Assembly: GCA_023703655.1 (NCBI GenBank)
Contig: CP097973.1
Span: forward strand, 276,813-340,812
Source of the DNA: SAR86 cluster bacterium
GTDB lineage: Bacteria > Pseudomonadota > Gammaproteobacteria > Magnimaribacterales > D2472
DNA: 64,000 nt
Direction of reading: 5' to 3'
Part shown: positions 9,279 through 17,918 of the stretch, piece by piece
How positions within the stretch are numbered: position 1 is the stretch's first letter
How the letters are laid out: every line of letters starts with the position of its first letter
Translations under genes and position numbers: made by a program
Notes under the pieces: model-generated
The model's input: the letters and a program-made list of their open reading frames with translations, nothing else
The model's database searches: none
Told to the model about the DNA's origin: nothing

Positions 9279-10311
9279 GGGTTATATAGAGGGTTATTAT
9301 GGCGCAATTCTTTCTTGGAAAGATAGGAAAGCTATCATAAACCTTCTTCCAAAACTAAACCTAAATTCATATTTATATTGTCCCAAGGAGGATCCTAAAC
9401 ATAGGATTCAATGGAAATTAGATTATTCAGTTGATGAGCTTAATAATTTTAAAGAAATTTCAGAATTAGCTAATAAAAATAAGGTTAATTTCATATTTGG
9501 TATATCTCCAGGCAATGAAGAGCCCATAGATTTTGATAAACTTGCAAATAAAATAAGTATATTTCGAGAGATTGGATTTAAAAATTTCTGTATATTATTT
9601 GATGACTTACTTGAGCCAGGCAATCCAATTAATCAAGCGAATACGCTAAATAATTGCCGAGAAAGTTTTCAAGATTGTACTTTTTATTTGGTACCTGAAA
9701 TATATGCGAATTCATTGTCAAACTCTGATATTTTTGAAAATAAATATTTAAAAAATTTATTTAGTAATATTGATGATAAGCCAAATATTTTTTGGACAGG
9801 TAAAAAAGTGATTTCTAATAAATATGACCATGAGGAAATTAAAAAACTTGAGGATTTTTATAACTTAAACATATACATTTGGGACAATTTTTACGCGTCT
9901 GATTATTGTGAGCCTAGAGTAACACTGGATAAATATTTACCTTTTACTGGCAATATACCCTCTGACATTTCAGGAATTATGATCAATGCAACAGGTAAAA
10001 TTAATTTAGATCTATTAATCTTAAGATTATACAGCCTGGGTTTTCAAAGAAATGATTTTGAAATATCTGATTTCCTTAGTACTGAATTACATCCTGCATT
10101 TAAATCAATTTCTAAGTACTTCACTTTTAACGGATCTTTGATTAAAGCCGATGACTGTGAATATGTTAATGATATTTTACAAAATTGGATACATCCCATA
10201 AAAAATGAGATATACCCATACCTTCATCTTTTAAAATTTTTGATGCAAAATACTGGATCAAGAGATTCTAATTTCATAAAAAGAATTCGTCTAAAAGAAG
10301 GGGAGAGCTAA
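9271..10311 (+). CDS. GH84-family beta-N-acetylglucosaminidase (O-GlcNAcase/NagJ-like), no signal peptide
   Basis: Aligns by eye with the human OGA catalytic domain. GYIEGYYG..W matches VVEGFYGRPW, LNSYLYCPKEDPKHR matches LNTYLYAPKDDYKHR, FIFGISPG matches FIYAISPG, FCILFDDL matches FALLFDDI (the catalytic Asp-Asp pair), and IWDNFYASDY matches IWDNIHANDY. I prefer ATG 9271 (ATGATTAA overlapping the moeB stop) to the track's GTG 9262. Confidence 0.7.
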   Translation: MIKGYIEGYYGAILSWKDRKAIINLLPKLNLNSYLYCPKEDPKHRIQWKLDYSVDELNNFKEISELANKNKVNFIFGISPGNEEPIDFDKLANKISIFREIGFKNFCILFDDLLEPGNPINQANTLNNCRESFQDCTFYLVPEIYANSLSNSDIFENKYLKNLFSNIDDKPNIFWTGKKVISNKYDHEEIKKLEDFYNLNIYIWDNFYASDYCEPRVTLDKYLPFTGNIPSDISGIMINATGKINLDLLILRLYSLGFQRNDFEISDFLSTELHPAFKSISKYFTFNGSLIKADDCEYVNDILQNWIHPIKNEIYPYLHLLKFLMQNTGSRDSNFIKRIRLKEGES

Positions 10312-10313
10312 TA

Positions 10314-11927
10314 ATGATCGGAGATATGCAAAAATGGACACCAAATATTGCTGGCATCATAGAGCATGCAAAAAAGATCCATCCTAAATCAGAAATAATT
10401 TCTAAACTCACAAATGGAGAAATTCATAGAACTAATTATGATGAGGTTTGTTTGAGATCAAGAAAGCTTGCTTCTAAACTTTGTCAGGATGGCTACAAAG
10501 AAGGTGATGTCTTGGCAACTCTTGCTCTTAACACATTTAGACATTTAGAAATCTATTATGGTGTTTCTGGAATGGGCGGCATTGTTCATACCTTAAATTT
10601 TCGCCTACATCCTGATCAGGCTAAATATATTATTAATCATGCTGAAGATAAAATTATTTTTCTCGAGGTACCATTTGTTCCAATATTGGAGGCATTAAAG
10701 GACGATATTTCATCTGTTGAAAAATTTATTTTACTTTGCGATAAAGATGAGATCCCTGAGACAAGTTTAAAAAACGTATATTCTTATGAGGAATATATTG
10801 AAGATGGCAAGGAAGATTTTGATTGGCCATCATTAAAAGATGATGCTGCATGTGGCTTATGTTATACCTCAGGCACAACAGGTAATCCAAAAGGCGTATT
10901 ATATTCACATAAGTCGACTATCTTACATGCTGCTTCAGCTATTACCGCTATGTCAATTGATCAAGACGATTCTATTTTGATGGTCGTACCAATGTTTCAT
11001 GTTATGGCATGGGGTATTCCATATTATGGCCCTATGTTAGGAAATAAAATTGTTATGCCTGGAATGCATATGGATGGGGAGTCGCTGTATACCCTTATCA
11101 ATGAAGAGGAAGTTACTATGGCTGCCGGTGTTCCAACAATTTGGATGCAATTACTCGCATACTGTAGAGAAAATAGCAAAAAACTTACCGCTCTCAAAAA
11201 TACAATCATAGGTGGTTCAGCTTTATCACTTGCAATACTTAAGGAATTTGACGAATTTCATGATGTTAATGTTGTTCATGCCTGGGGAATGACTGAAATG
11301 AGCCCTCTAGGCACGACTAATGTACCAACTAGAGAAATGGAATCAATGACAAAAGAAGATAAATATAATCTTCAGTTAAAACAAGGTAGGCCTTGTTTTG
11401 GTGTAGAGTTAAAAATAACAAATGATAAAGGTGATGCATTACCAAACGATGGTAAATCTTATGGCCACTTGCTGGTAAGAGGGCCATGGATACTTCAAAA
11501 ATATTTTAAATCCGATGAGAATGCTGTTGATAATAATGGTTGGTTCGATACCGGTGATATTTCAACAATTGATAGTGATGGCTATATGACCATTGTAGAC
11601 AGATCAAAGGATGTAATTAAATCTGGTGGTGAATGGATAAGCTCTATTGATCTTGAGAATGCAGCTGTTGGACATGAGCATATTGCCGAGGCATGTGTTG
11701 TTGGCGTAAGACATCCAAAATGGGATGAGAGACCAATATTACTTGTTGTTGCTAACGAAAAAAATGTTAGTAAAGATGAGATAAATAAATTTTTGTCAGA
11801 CAAGGTCGCAAAATGGTGGCTACCAGATGACATTATTTTCGTTGATGAACTCCCACATGGTGCAACTGGTAAGCTTTTAAAGGTTGAACTACGTGATAAA
11901 TATTCAGATCATTTAATGGAGAAATAA
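10314..11927 (+). CDS. AMP-dependent acyl-CoA synthetase (medium/long-chain FadD/DmdB-like subfamily)
   Basis: AMP-binding motif YTSGTTGNPKGV, GWFDTGD, and a C-terminal lysine region GKLLK. Confidence 0.85.
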   Translation: MIGDMQKWTPNIAGIIEHAKKIHPKSEIISKLTNGEIHRTNYDEVCLRSRKLASKLCQDGYKEGDVLATLALNTFRHLEIYYGVSGMGGIVHTLNFRLHPDQAKYIINHAEDKIIFLEVPFVPILEALKDDISSVEKFILLCDKDEIPETSLKNVYSYEEYIEDGKEDFDWPSLKDDAACGLCYTSGTTGNPKGVLYSHKSTILHAASAITAMSIDQDDSILMVVPMFHVMAWGIPYYGPMLGNKIVMPGMHMDGESLYTLINEEEVTMAAGVPTIWMQLLAYCRENSKKLTALKNTIIGGSALSLAILKEFDEFHDVNVVHAWGMTEMSPLGTTNVPTREMESMTKEDKYNLQLKQGRPCFGVELKITNDKGDALPNDGKSYGHLLVRGPWILQKYFKSDENAVDNNGWFDTGDISTIDSDGYMTIVDRSKDVIKSGGEWISSIDLENAAVGHEHIAEACVVGVRHPKWDERPILLVVANEKNVSKDEINKFLSDKVAKWWLPDDIIFVDELPHGATGKLLKVELRDKYSDHLMEK

Positions 11928-11929
11928 AA

Positions 11930-12391
11930 ATGAAAACAATTAAACCTGATGAAATTAATTCTTATATTGGTAAAGAGATCGGAGTCTCTGAATGGGTAAC
12001 TATCGACCAAGAAATGATAAATAAGTTTGCAGATGCTACGCTTGATCATCAATTCATTCATGTTGATCCTGAACAAGCTAAACCAATTTTTGGTTCGACA
12101 GTTGCTCATGGATTTTTAACATTGTCACTTACCGCAGGTATTCCTTTTTCACAGGAAGGCTTAGGCCTTGTTCTTGAGGGCACAAAGATGGGTCTTAATT
12201 ATGGACTCGATAAAGTAAGATTTTTGAGCCCAGTACCAGTTAATTCAGAGGTAAGGTTAAAAATAAAATGTAATGATATTACTGAAAAAAACCCTGGTCA
12301 GTTTTTACTAAAGAACGAAGTCACTATGGAAATTAAAGGTGTTGAGAAACCTGCATATATTGCAGAAACTCTAAGTATGTTTGTTACTTAG
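11930..12391 (+). CDS. MaoC-like (R)-specific enoyl-CoA hydratase/dehydratase (hot-dog fold)
   Basis: Hydratase motif D.Q.IHVDPE.A......STVAHG. 153 aa. Begins 2 nt after the acyl-CoA synthetase stop. Confidence 0.8.
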   Translation: MKTIKPDEINSYIGKEIGVSEWVTIDQEMINKFADATLDHQFIHVDPEQAKPIFGSTVAHGFLTLSLTAGIPFSQEGLGLVLEGTKMGLNYGLDKVRFLSPVPVNSEVRLKIKCNDITEKNPGQFLLKNEVTMEIKGVEKPAYIAETLSMFVT

Positions 12392-13807
12392 TGCTTTTTT
12401 CAAAATTAAATTGACTGACTTTGGATTTGCCTTGCCTTGAGTTGCCTTCATAACTTGCCCAACAAAAAAACCAAATAGTTTGTCTTTACCATTATTGTAA
12501 GCTTCTACTTGTTCGGGATTTTTCGCTAATATTTCTAAGATAATTCTTTCAATTGCATCCTCATCGCTGATCTGAGTTAAGCCTTTTTCTTTAATATATT
12601 CATAAGGCTCTATATTTTTTAATCGGATTTGATCAAGCACATCCTTAGCAATTTTTCCAGAGATTGTTCCATCAGAAATAAGATTGATTAATTGAGTAAT
12701 ATTTTCTGGGGTAAAATTTGTATCAGTTATTTCTTTTGCATCTTTGTTAAGAAGTGAACTTATGTCGCCTACTAAAATCTTTGCTAACAACACTTTATCA
12801 TTCACAATCTTAATACAGTCCTCAAAAAAGTTTGAAAGGTTTTTAGAGTTTGAAATTATAGATGAGTCACTTTCACTAATCCCAAATTCTTGAACATATC
12901 TTATTGATTTCTCTTTAGGCATTTCGGGAAAATGCTTTTTAATATCATTAATTTCTTTATCAGTTATAACTACTGGCAAAAGATCAGGCTCAGGAAAATA
13001 TCTGTAGTCATTTGCGAATTCTTTTGAACGCATAGGTCTAGTTTCATTCTTTATACTGTCATATAACCTAGTTTCCTGTTCAACCTTTTCTTTAGATTCA
13101 AGAACAGCAATTTGTCTTTTAATCTCATATTCAATTGCTTTTTCAATAAATTTAAATGAATTTATATTTTTAATTTCAGTTCTAGTTCCTAACTCTGTCT
13201 CTCCCTTTTGCCTAATTGAAACATTCGCATCACATCTTAATGATCCTTGCGACATTTCACCATCAGACACATCTAAAAATGTAACAATTTTATGAAGTTC
13301 TTTCATGTAAGCTACTGCTTCTTGAGATGATCTAAGTTCTGGCTCGGACACAATTTCTAGCAATGGAGTACCGGACCTGTTTAGATCAATACCGGTTCCT
13401 TTAAATCCCTCATGGATGGATTTTCCAGCATCCTCTTCTAAATGAGCTCTAGTAATATTTATTTTTCTTTTTAAACCATCAATGTTAATTTCAATTGATC
13501 CACCTTCTAAAATTGGTTTTTCCATTTGAGTAATCTGGTAACCCTTTGGTAAGTCAGGATAAAAATAATTTTTTCTATCAAAAATTGATACTTTATTTAT
13601 TGATGCATCAATTGCCAGCCCAAATTTTACAGCTTTATAAAAAGCATTCTTATTTACAGTTGGAAGTACGCCAGGCAAGCCGCAATCAACCAAATTTACA
13701 TTTGTATTTGCTTCGTCACCAAATGTTGTTGAAGCTCTTGAGAATAATTTAGTTTCAGTTGATAGCTGAACATGTGCTTCAAGCCCTATAACAGCCTCCC
13801 ATTTCAT
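12371..13807 (-). CDS. gatB: Asp/Glu-tRNA amidotransferase subunit B
   Basis: Full-length GatB similarity (WEAVIGLE.H.QL, C-terminal YqeY-like domain) in a gatCAB operon. Confidence 0.95.
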   Translation of the reverse strand: MKWEAVIGLEAHVQLSTETKLFSRASTTFGDEANTNVNLVDCGLPGVLPTVNKNAFYKAVKFGLAIDASINKVSIFDRKNYFYPDLPKGYQITQMEKPILEGGSIEINIDGLKRKINITRAHLEEDAGKSIHEGFKGTGIDLNRSGTPLLEIVSEPELRSSQEAVAYMKELHKIVTFLDVSDGEMSQGSLRCDANVSIRQKGETELGTRTEIKNINSFKFIEKAIEYEIKRQIAVLESKEKVEQETRLYDSIKNETRPMRSKEFANDYRYFPEPDLLPVVITDKEINDIKKHFPEMPKEKSIRYVQEFGISESDSSIISNSKNLSNFFEDCIKIVNDKVLLAKILVGDISSLLNKDAKEITDTNFTPENITQLINLISDGTISGKIAKDVLDQIRLKNIEPYEYIKEKGLTQISDEDAIERIILEILAKNPEQVEAYNNGKDKLFGFFVGQVMKATQGKANPKSVNLILKKALSNKHT

Positions 13808-15261
13808 GCAAATCCCTCCAAATTTGGTTTTTTTAGATGATGATCAGTTTCTTTTTGAAAATAATGTCCAAGCTTCAGAATTTTTTCTTCATCAAGATAA
13901 TTACCAATTAATTGAACCCCAACTGGCAAACCATTGATGAAGCCATTTGGCATTGACAGAGCTGGTAAACCAGCTAAATTTGCTGAAATTGTATATAGAT
14001 CTTCCAAGTATAACTCTGTTGGATCTTTTTTACCTTTGGAACCAAATTCAAATGCTTGACTTGGAGAGGTTGGAGTGAGAATCACATCTACTTCTTTGAA
14101 AGCATTTCCAAAATCATTTTTAATCAATCTTCTAACCTGCTGTGCTTTTTTATAATAAGCATCATAATATCCAGAGGACAATACATATGTACCCATTAAG
14201 ATTCTTCTTTTAACTTCTTCTCCAAATCCTTCCGATCTTGAGTTCACATATAAACTTTCAAGGTCGTCTGCATTACTGCTCCTATAGCCATACTTTACTC
14301 CATCATATCTTGATAAATTAGATGAGCATTCGGCTGGAGCTACAACATAGTAAGTTGGAACAGATTGAACAATATTTGGTAATGAAATCTCTGAAATTTT
14401 TGCTCCTAAATTTTCGAATTCCTTAATGGTATTACTAAAAAGTTGCTGTGAATCTACTGATAAATCACTCTGTTTAAACTCTCTTACAATTCCAATATTG
14501 AGATGTTCTAGAGGCTCATTAATATTATTATTTATTTTTGTTGGATCTATTTTTAGTGAAGTAGTATCTTTTTCGTCATACCCACTCATAGCATCAAGAA
14601 GTAACGCACAATCCTCTGCGTTTCTGCATATTGGACCTCCTTGATCAAGGCTTGATGCAAAAGCAATCATACCCCACCTAGACACTCTCCCATAGGTTGG
14701 TTTAATTCCAGTAAGCCCACATAAAGCAGCAGGTTGTCTAATCGAGCCACCAGTATCAGTTCCTGTTGCCGCAGGCACAAGACCTGCTGCGACCGCAGCA
14801 GCTGATCCACCAGAGCTACCTCCAGGTACAAAACCTTCTTTCCAAGGGTTGTGAACATTGCCGTAAAAACTTGTTTCATTAGACGAACCCATTGCAAATT
14901 CATCCATATTTGTTTTACCTATACAAATGGTACCTGCACTATTTAAATTTGATACTACCGTTGCATCATATGGTGGAACAAAATTTGAAAGCATTTTCGA
15001 ACCACAAGTTGTTTTAAGACCTTTTGTGCAAAATAAATCTTTTTGCGCTATTGGAATTCCAGTTAAACTGTTTTGATCATTACTTACATTTAGCTTTTTA
15101 GCATCAATAAGCGCCTGTTTTTGATTAAGAGTTATGAAGGAGTTGATAGAAGAGTATTTTTTAATTAACAGAAAAGTCTCATCTACTAATTCTTCATATG
15201 AGATTTTTTTGTTCTTTAGCAAATCGCTGAGCTGGCTTATAGTGAGAAATTGTATTGTCAC
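13804..15261 (-). CDS. gatA: Asp/Glu-tRNA amidotransferase subunit A
   Basis: Amidase signature GGSSGGSAAAVA and catalytic region GTDTGGSIRQPA. Confidence 0.95.
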   Translation of the reverse strand: MTIQFLTISQLSDLLKNKKISYEELVDETFLLIKKYSSINSFITLNQKQALIDAKKLNVSNDQNSLTGIPIAQKDLFCTKGLKTTCGSKMLSNFVPPYDATVVSNLNSAGTICIGKTNMDEFAMGSSNETSFYGNVHNPWKEGFVPGGSSGGSAAAVAAGLVPAATGTDTGGSIRQPAALCGLTGIKPTYGRVSRWGMIAFASSLDQGGPICRNAEDCALLLDAMSGYDEKDTTSLKIDPTKINNNINEPLEHLNIGIVREFKQSDLSVDSQQLFSNTIKEFENLGAKISEISLPNIVQSVPTYYVVAPAECSSNLSRYDGVKYGYRSSNADDLESLYVNSRSEGFGEEVKRRILMGTYVLSSGYYDAYYKKAQQVRRLIKNDFGNAFKEVDVILTPTSPSQAFEFGSKGKKDPTELYLEDLYTISANLAGLPALSMPNGFINGLPVGVQLIGNYLDEEKILKLGHYFQKETDHHLKKPNLEGFA

Positions 15262-15539
15262 TCTACAACCTTAGGAACAATGAAATAATCACCGTCAGAT
15301 TCAGGAGCATTTTCTAAGAAAAGAGATTTCTCATTATCTGAGCTAACTGTATCTTCAAAAACTCTAGAGGTTTCTTCAAGAGGATTATGAAGTGGCATAA
15401 TATTATCAGTATCAATTTCCTTTAGGGAATTAACCATTTCAAGGATTGCTTTTAGATCATTTTTAATCTTTTCAGACCCATCCTTATCCTGTTTTAATCT
15501 AGAAAGGTAGAAAATTGTTCTGACGGTTTTGTCGTCCAT
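15258..15539 (-). CDS. gatC: Asp/Glu-tRNA amidotransferase subunit C
   Basis: 93 aa, GatC-like, 4-nt overlap with gatA. Divergent from mreB, as I recall is the case in Pseudomonas. Confidence 0.85.
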   Translation of the reverse strand: MDDKTVRTIFYLSRLKQDKDGSEKIKNDLKAILEMVNSLKEIDTDNIMPLHNPLEETSRVFEDTVSSDNEKSLFLENAPESDGDYFIVPKVVE

Positions 15540-15606
15540 ATGATATTATTCCTTTTTGTGCGAGTTATTATACAAGTAAACTGTTTAAATTTTCTGGTGG
15601 TGTAAT

Positions 15607-16656
15607 TTGGAATTCAATATTTTTAAGTCAATAAGAGGCCTTTTTTCAAATGATCTATCAATCGATCTTGGTACAGCAAACACTTTGATATACACAAAAG
15701 AGGTTGGCATAGTTTTAAATGAGCCTAGTGTAGTTGCTATAAGAGAATCTAAAGGTCAAAAAACAGTTGTGGCTGTTGGGCATGAGGCTAAAAAAATGCT
15801 TGGAAGAACTCCCGGTAATATTCAAGCTATTAGACCATTATCTGATGGCGTAATCGCAGACTTCCAAGTAACTGAGAAAATGCTGCAACATTTCATAGCA
15901 AAAGTCCATGAGCAAAGATTCATTAAACCAAGTCCAAGAGTGCTAGTTTGTGTTCCTTGTAGGTCAACACAAGTTGAAAGAAGAGCCATAAGGGAATCTG
16001 TGCTCGGTGCTGGAGCAAGGGATGTAAAGTTAATTGAAGAGCCAATGGCTGCTGCTATTGGAGCAGGATTACCAGTTGAAGAAGCAAATGGCAACATGGT
16101 CGTAGATATTGGGGGTGGCACTTCAGAAATTGCTATATTATCTTTAAACGGAGTTGTTTATGCTGAATCCGTTAAGATTGGTGGAGATAAAATGGATGAA
16201 GCAATTACTTCATGGGTAAGAAGAAATTATGGTTGTGTTATTGGTGAGTCGACAGCAGAAAAGATAAAGCAGACAGTTGGATGCGCTACTGAAGATTCGC
16301 AAAAAAAAGAAATGCCCGTGACTGGTCGAAATCTAGCAGAGGGCATTCCAGAGACATTTAATGTAACAAGCTTGCAAATATTTGAGGCAATGAAGGATCC
16401 ATTATTTGGTATTGTTAGAGCTATCAGAAATGCACTCGAACTTTCACCACCAGAATTAGCTGCAGATATTGCAGAGAGAGGAATTGTACTTACTGGAGGT
16501 GGAGCGCTACTGAGAGATCTCAATACTCTAATTTCAAAATCAACAGGAATACCTGTAATAGTTGCAGAAGATCCCTTAACATGTGTTGCGAGAGGTGGTG
16601 GTCAAGCTCTCGAAATAATAGATAAATACAATATTGACCTCCTATCAACAGAATAA
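15607..16656 (+). CDS. mreB: rod-shape-determining actin homolog MreB
   Basis: [19 protein letters not shown] and a high-identity actin fold throughout. Apparent TTG start preceded by GGTGGTG. Confidence 0.95.
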   Translation: MEFNIFKSIRGLFSNDLSIDLGTANTLIYTKEVGIVLNEPSVVAIRESKGQKTVVAVGHEAKKMLGRTPGNIQAIRPLSDGVIADFQVTEKMLQHFIAKVHEQRFIKPSPRVLVCVPCRSTQVERRAIRESVLGAGARDVKLIEEPMAAAIGAGLPVEEANGNMVVDIGGGTSEIAILSLNGVVYAESVKIGGDKMDEAITSWVRRNYGCVIGESTAEKIKQTVGCATEDSQKKEMPVTGRNLAEGIPETFNVTSLQIFEAMKDPLFGIVRAIRNALELSPPELAADIAERGIVLTGGGALLRDLNTLISKSTGIPVIVAEDPLTCVARGGGQALEIIDKYNIDLLSTE

Positions 16657-16663
16657 ATAAGAA

Positions 16664-17452
16664 ATGGCGATAGGAACGCCTGTTTATACTCCGAAGCTAC
16701 CATACTTATTTGCAATGATGTTTGCACTTGGAATTCTTTTTTTAGATCAAAAATATGACTATTTTGCTCCAATAAAGAACACCAAAACATATCTTTTTGC
16801 AGAAACAAAAGCGCTCACAAACAAATTACTCATAAGCTCTAATAATTTTTTTGATGGATTTAAATCAAGTCAGAAACTAGCTTTTGAAATCGATATGCTT
16901 AAAGAAAATATTGATTTGCTCTCTATAGAAAATAACTTTATCAAGCAAAATATTGATTCAAGAAATATTACATTCAATGGCAAGCCAAGTAAAATCATAG
17001 AGTTTGATACCAATCAATATTTTTGTTGCAGTAATCATAGATTAATTGTTAGCACTGATTCAAATTATATCCACGGATACGTTATAAATGAGGCTGGTCT
17101 TATTGGCCAAATATATAATCAGACAGAAAAATATGTTGAAGTAATATTACTGTCAGATAAAAGACACAACATTCCACTTATGCATAATCAAGAGAATCTT
17201 TTTTGTATTGGTAAGGGCATGGGTAAGCCAAATAAAATACAATGCGAGATTGATAATAATCTTGTTAACAAAAATCTTATTGGTTCATTAATGCAGACAT
17301 CAGGCTTTGGAGGTATTTTTGATCGTGGGATTAATGTGGGATATGTGATCGATACAGAATTGAAATCTGAGCTCTTGGTGATTACTATAGAGTTGATTGC
17401 AAGCCCTCTTATAACTGATAAGGTTTATATTCTTACAAAAAATGACTCTTAA
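16664..17452 (+). CDS. mreC: rod-shape protein MreC
   Basis: Position after mreB, N-terminal TM helix plus coiled coil, C-terminal beta domain with a GFGGIFDRGINVG-type motif. Confidence 0.8.
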   Translation: MAIGTPVYTPKLPYLFAMMFALGILFLDQKYDYFAPIKNTKTYLFAETKALTNKLLISSNNFFDGFKSSQKLAFEIDMLKENIDLLSIENNFIKQNIDSRNITFNGKPSKIIEFDTNQYFCCSNHRLIVSTDSNYIHGYVINEAGLIGQIYNQTEKYVEVILLSDKRHNIPLMHNQENLFCIGKGMGKPNKIQCEIDNNLVNKNLIGSLMQTSGFGGIFDRGINVGYVIDTELKSELLVITIELIASPLITDKVYILTKNDS

Positions 17453-17918
17453 AGAATTTTTAATAATATTCTCAATGATTATCTTTGGATCAATATTAGA
17501 TGACTTAGTTTCATCAAAAATAGAAAACTTTTATTTGCATACTAACTTTGCCTACTTAGTATTTTCTTATTGGGTGTTTGCCTGCCCCGAAAAAATCGGC
17601 GCTCTTTTTTCAATATTGTTTGGATTAATCATTGATTTCATATCTGGGTCAGCGATCGGATTTCACGCATTCATGTATTTATTATTCGCATACATCATTC
17701 ATATATATGCATTCACCTTTAGATTATTCTCGTATTTGCAACTCGCAGTCTTTTTTGGTGGTTCAGCTACATTTATAACTACCATTAATTATCTGATTGA
17801 GCATACATCCAATTATTCATATGCAAACATATTTATTGCTCTAGTCTTCCACATTATTATTTGGATACCATTTTACAAATTTATTAGATTTGCAAGACAA
17901 TTATCAATGAATGAATGA
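17442..17918 (+). CDS. mreD: rod-shape protein MreD
   Basis: 158-aa polytopic membrane protein immediately after, and overlapping, mreC. Confidence 0.75.
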   Translation: MTLKEFLIIFSMIIFGSILDDLVSSKIENFYLHTNFAYLVFSYWVFACPEKIGALFSILFGLIIDFISGSAIGFHAFMYLLFAYIIHIYAFTFRLFSYLQLAVFFGGSATFITTINYLIEHTSNYSYANIFIALVFHIIIWIPFYKFIRFARQLSMNE

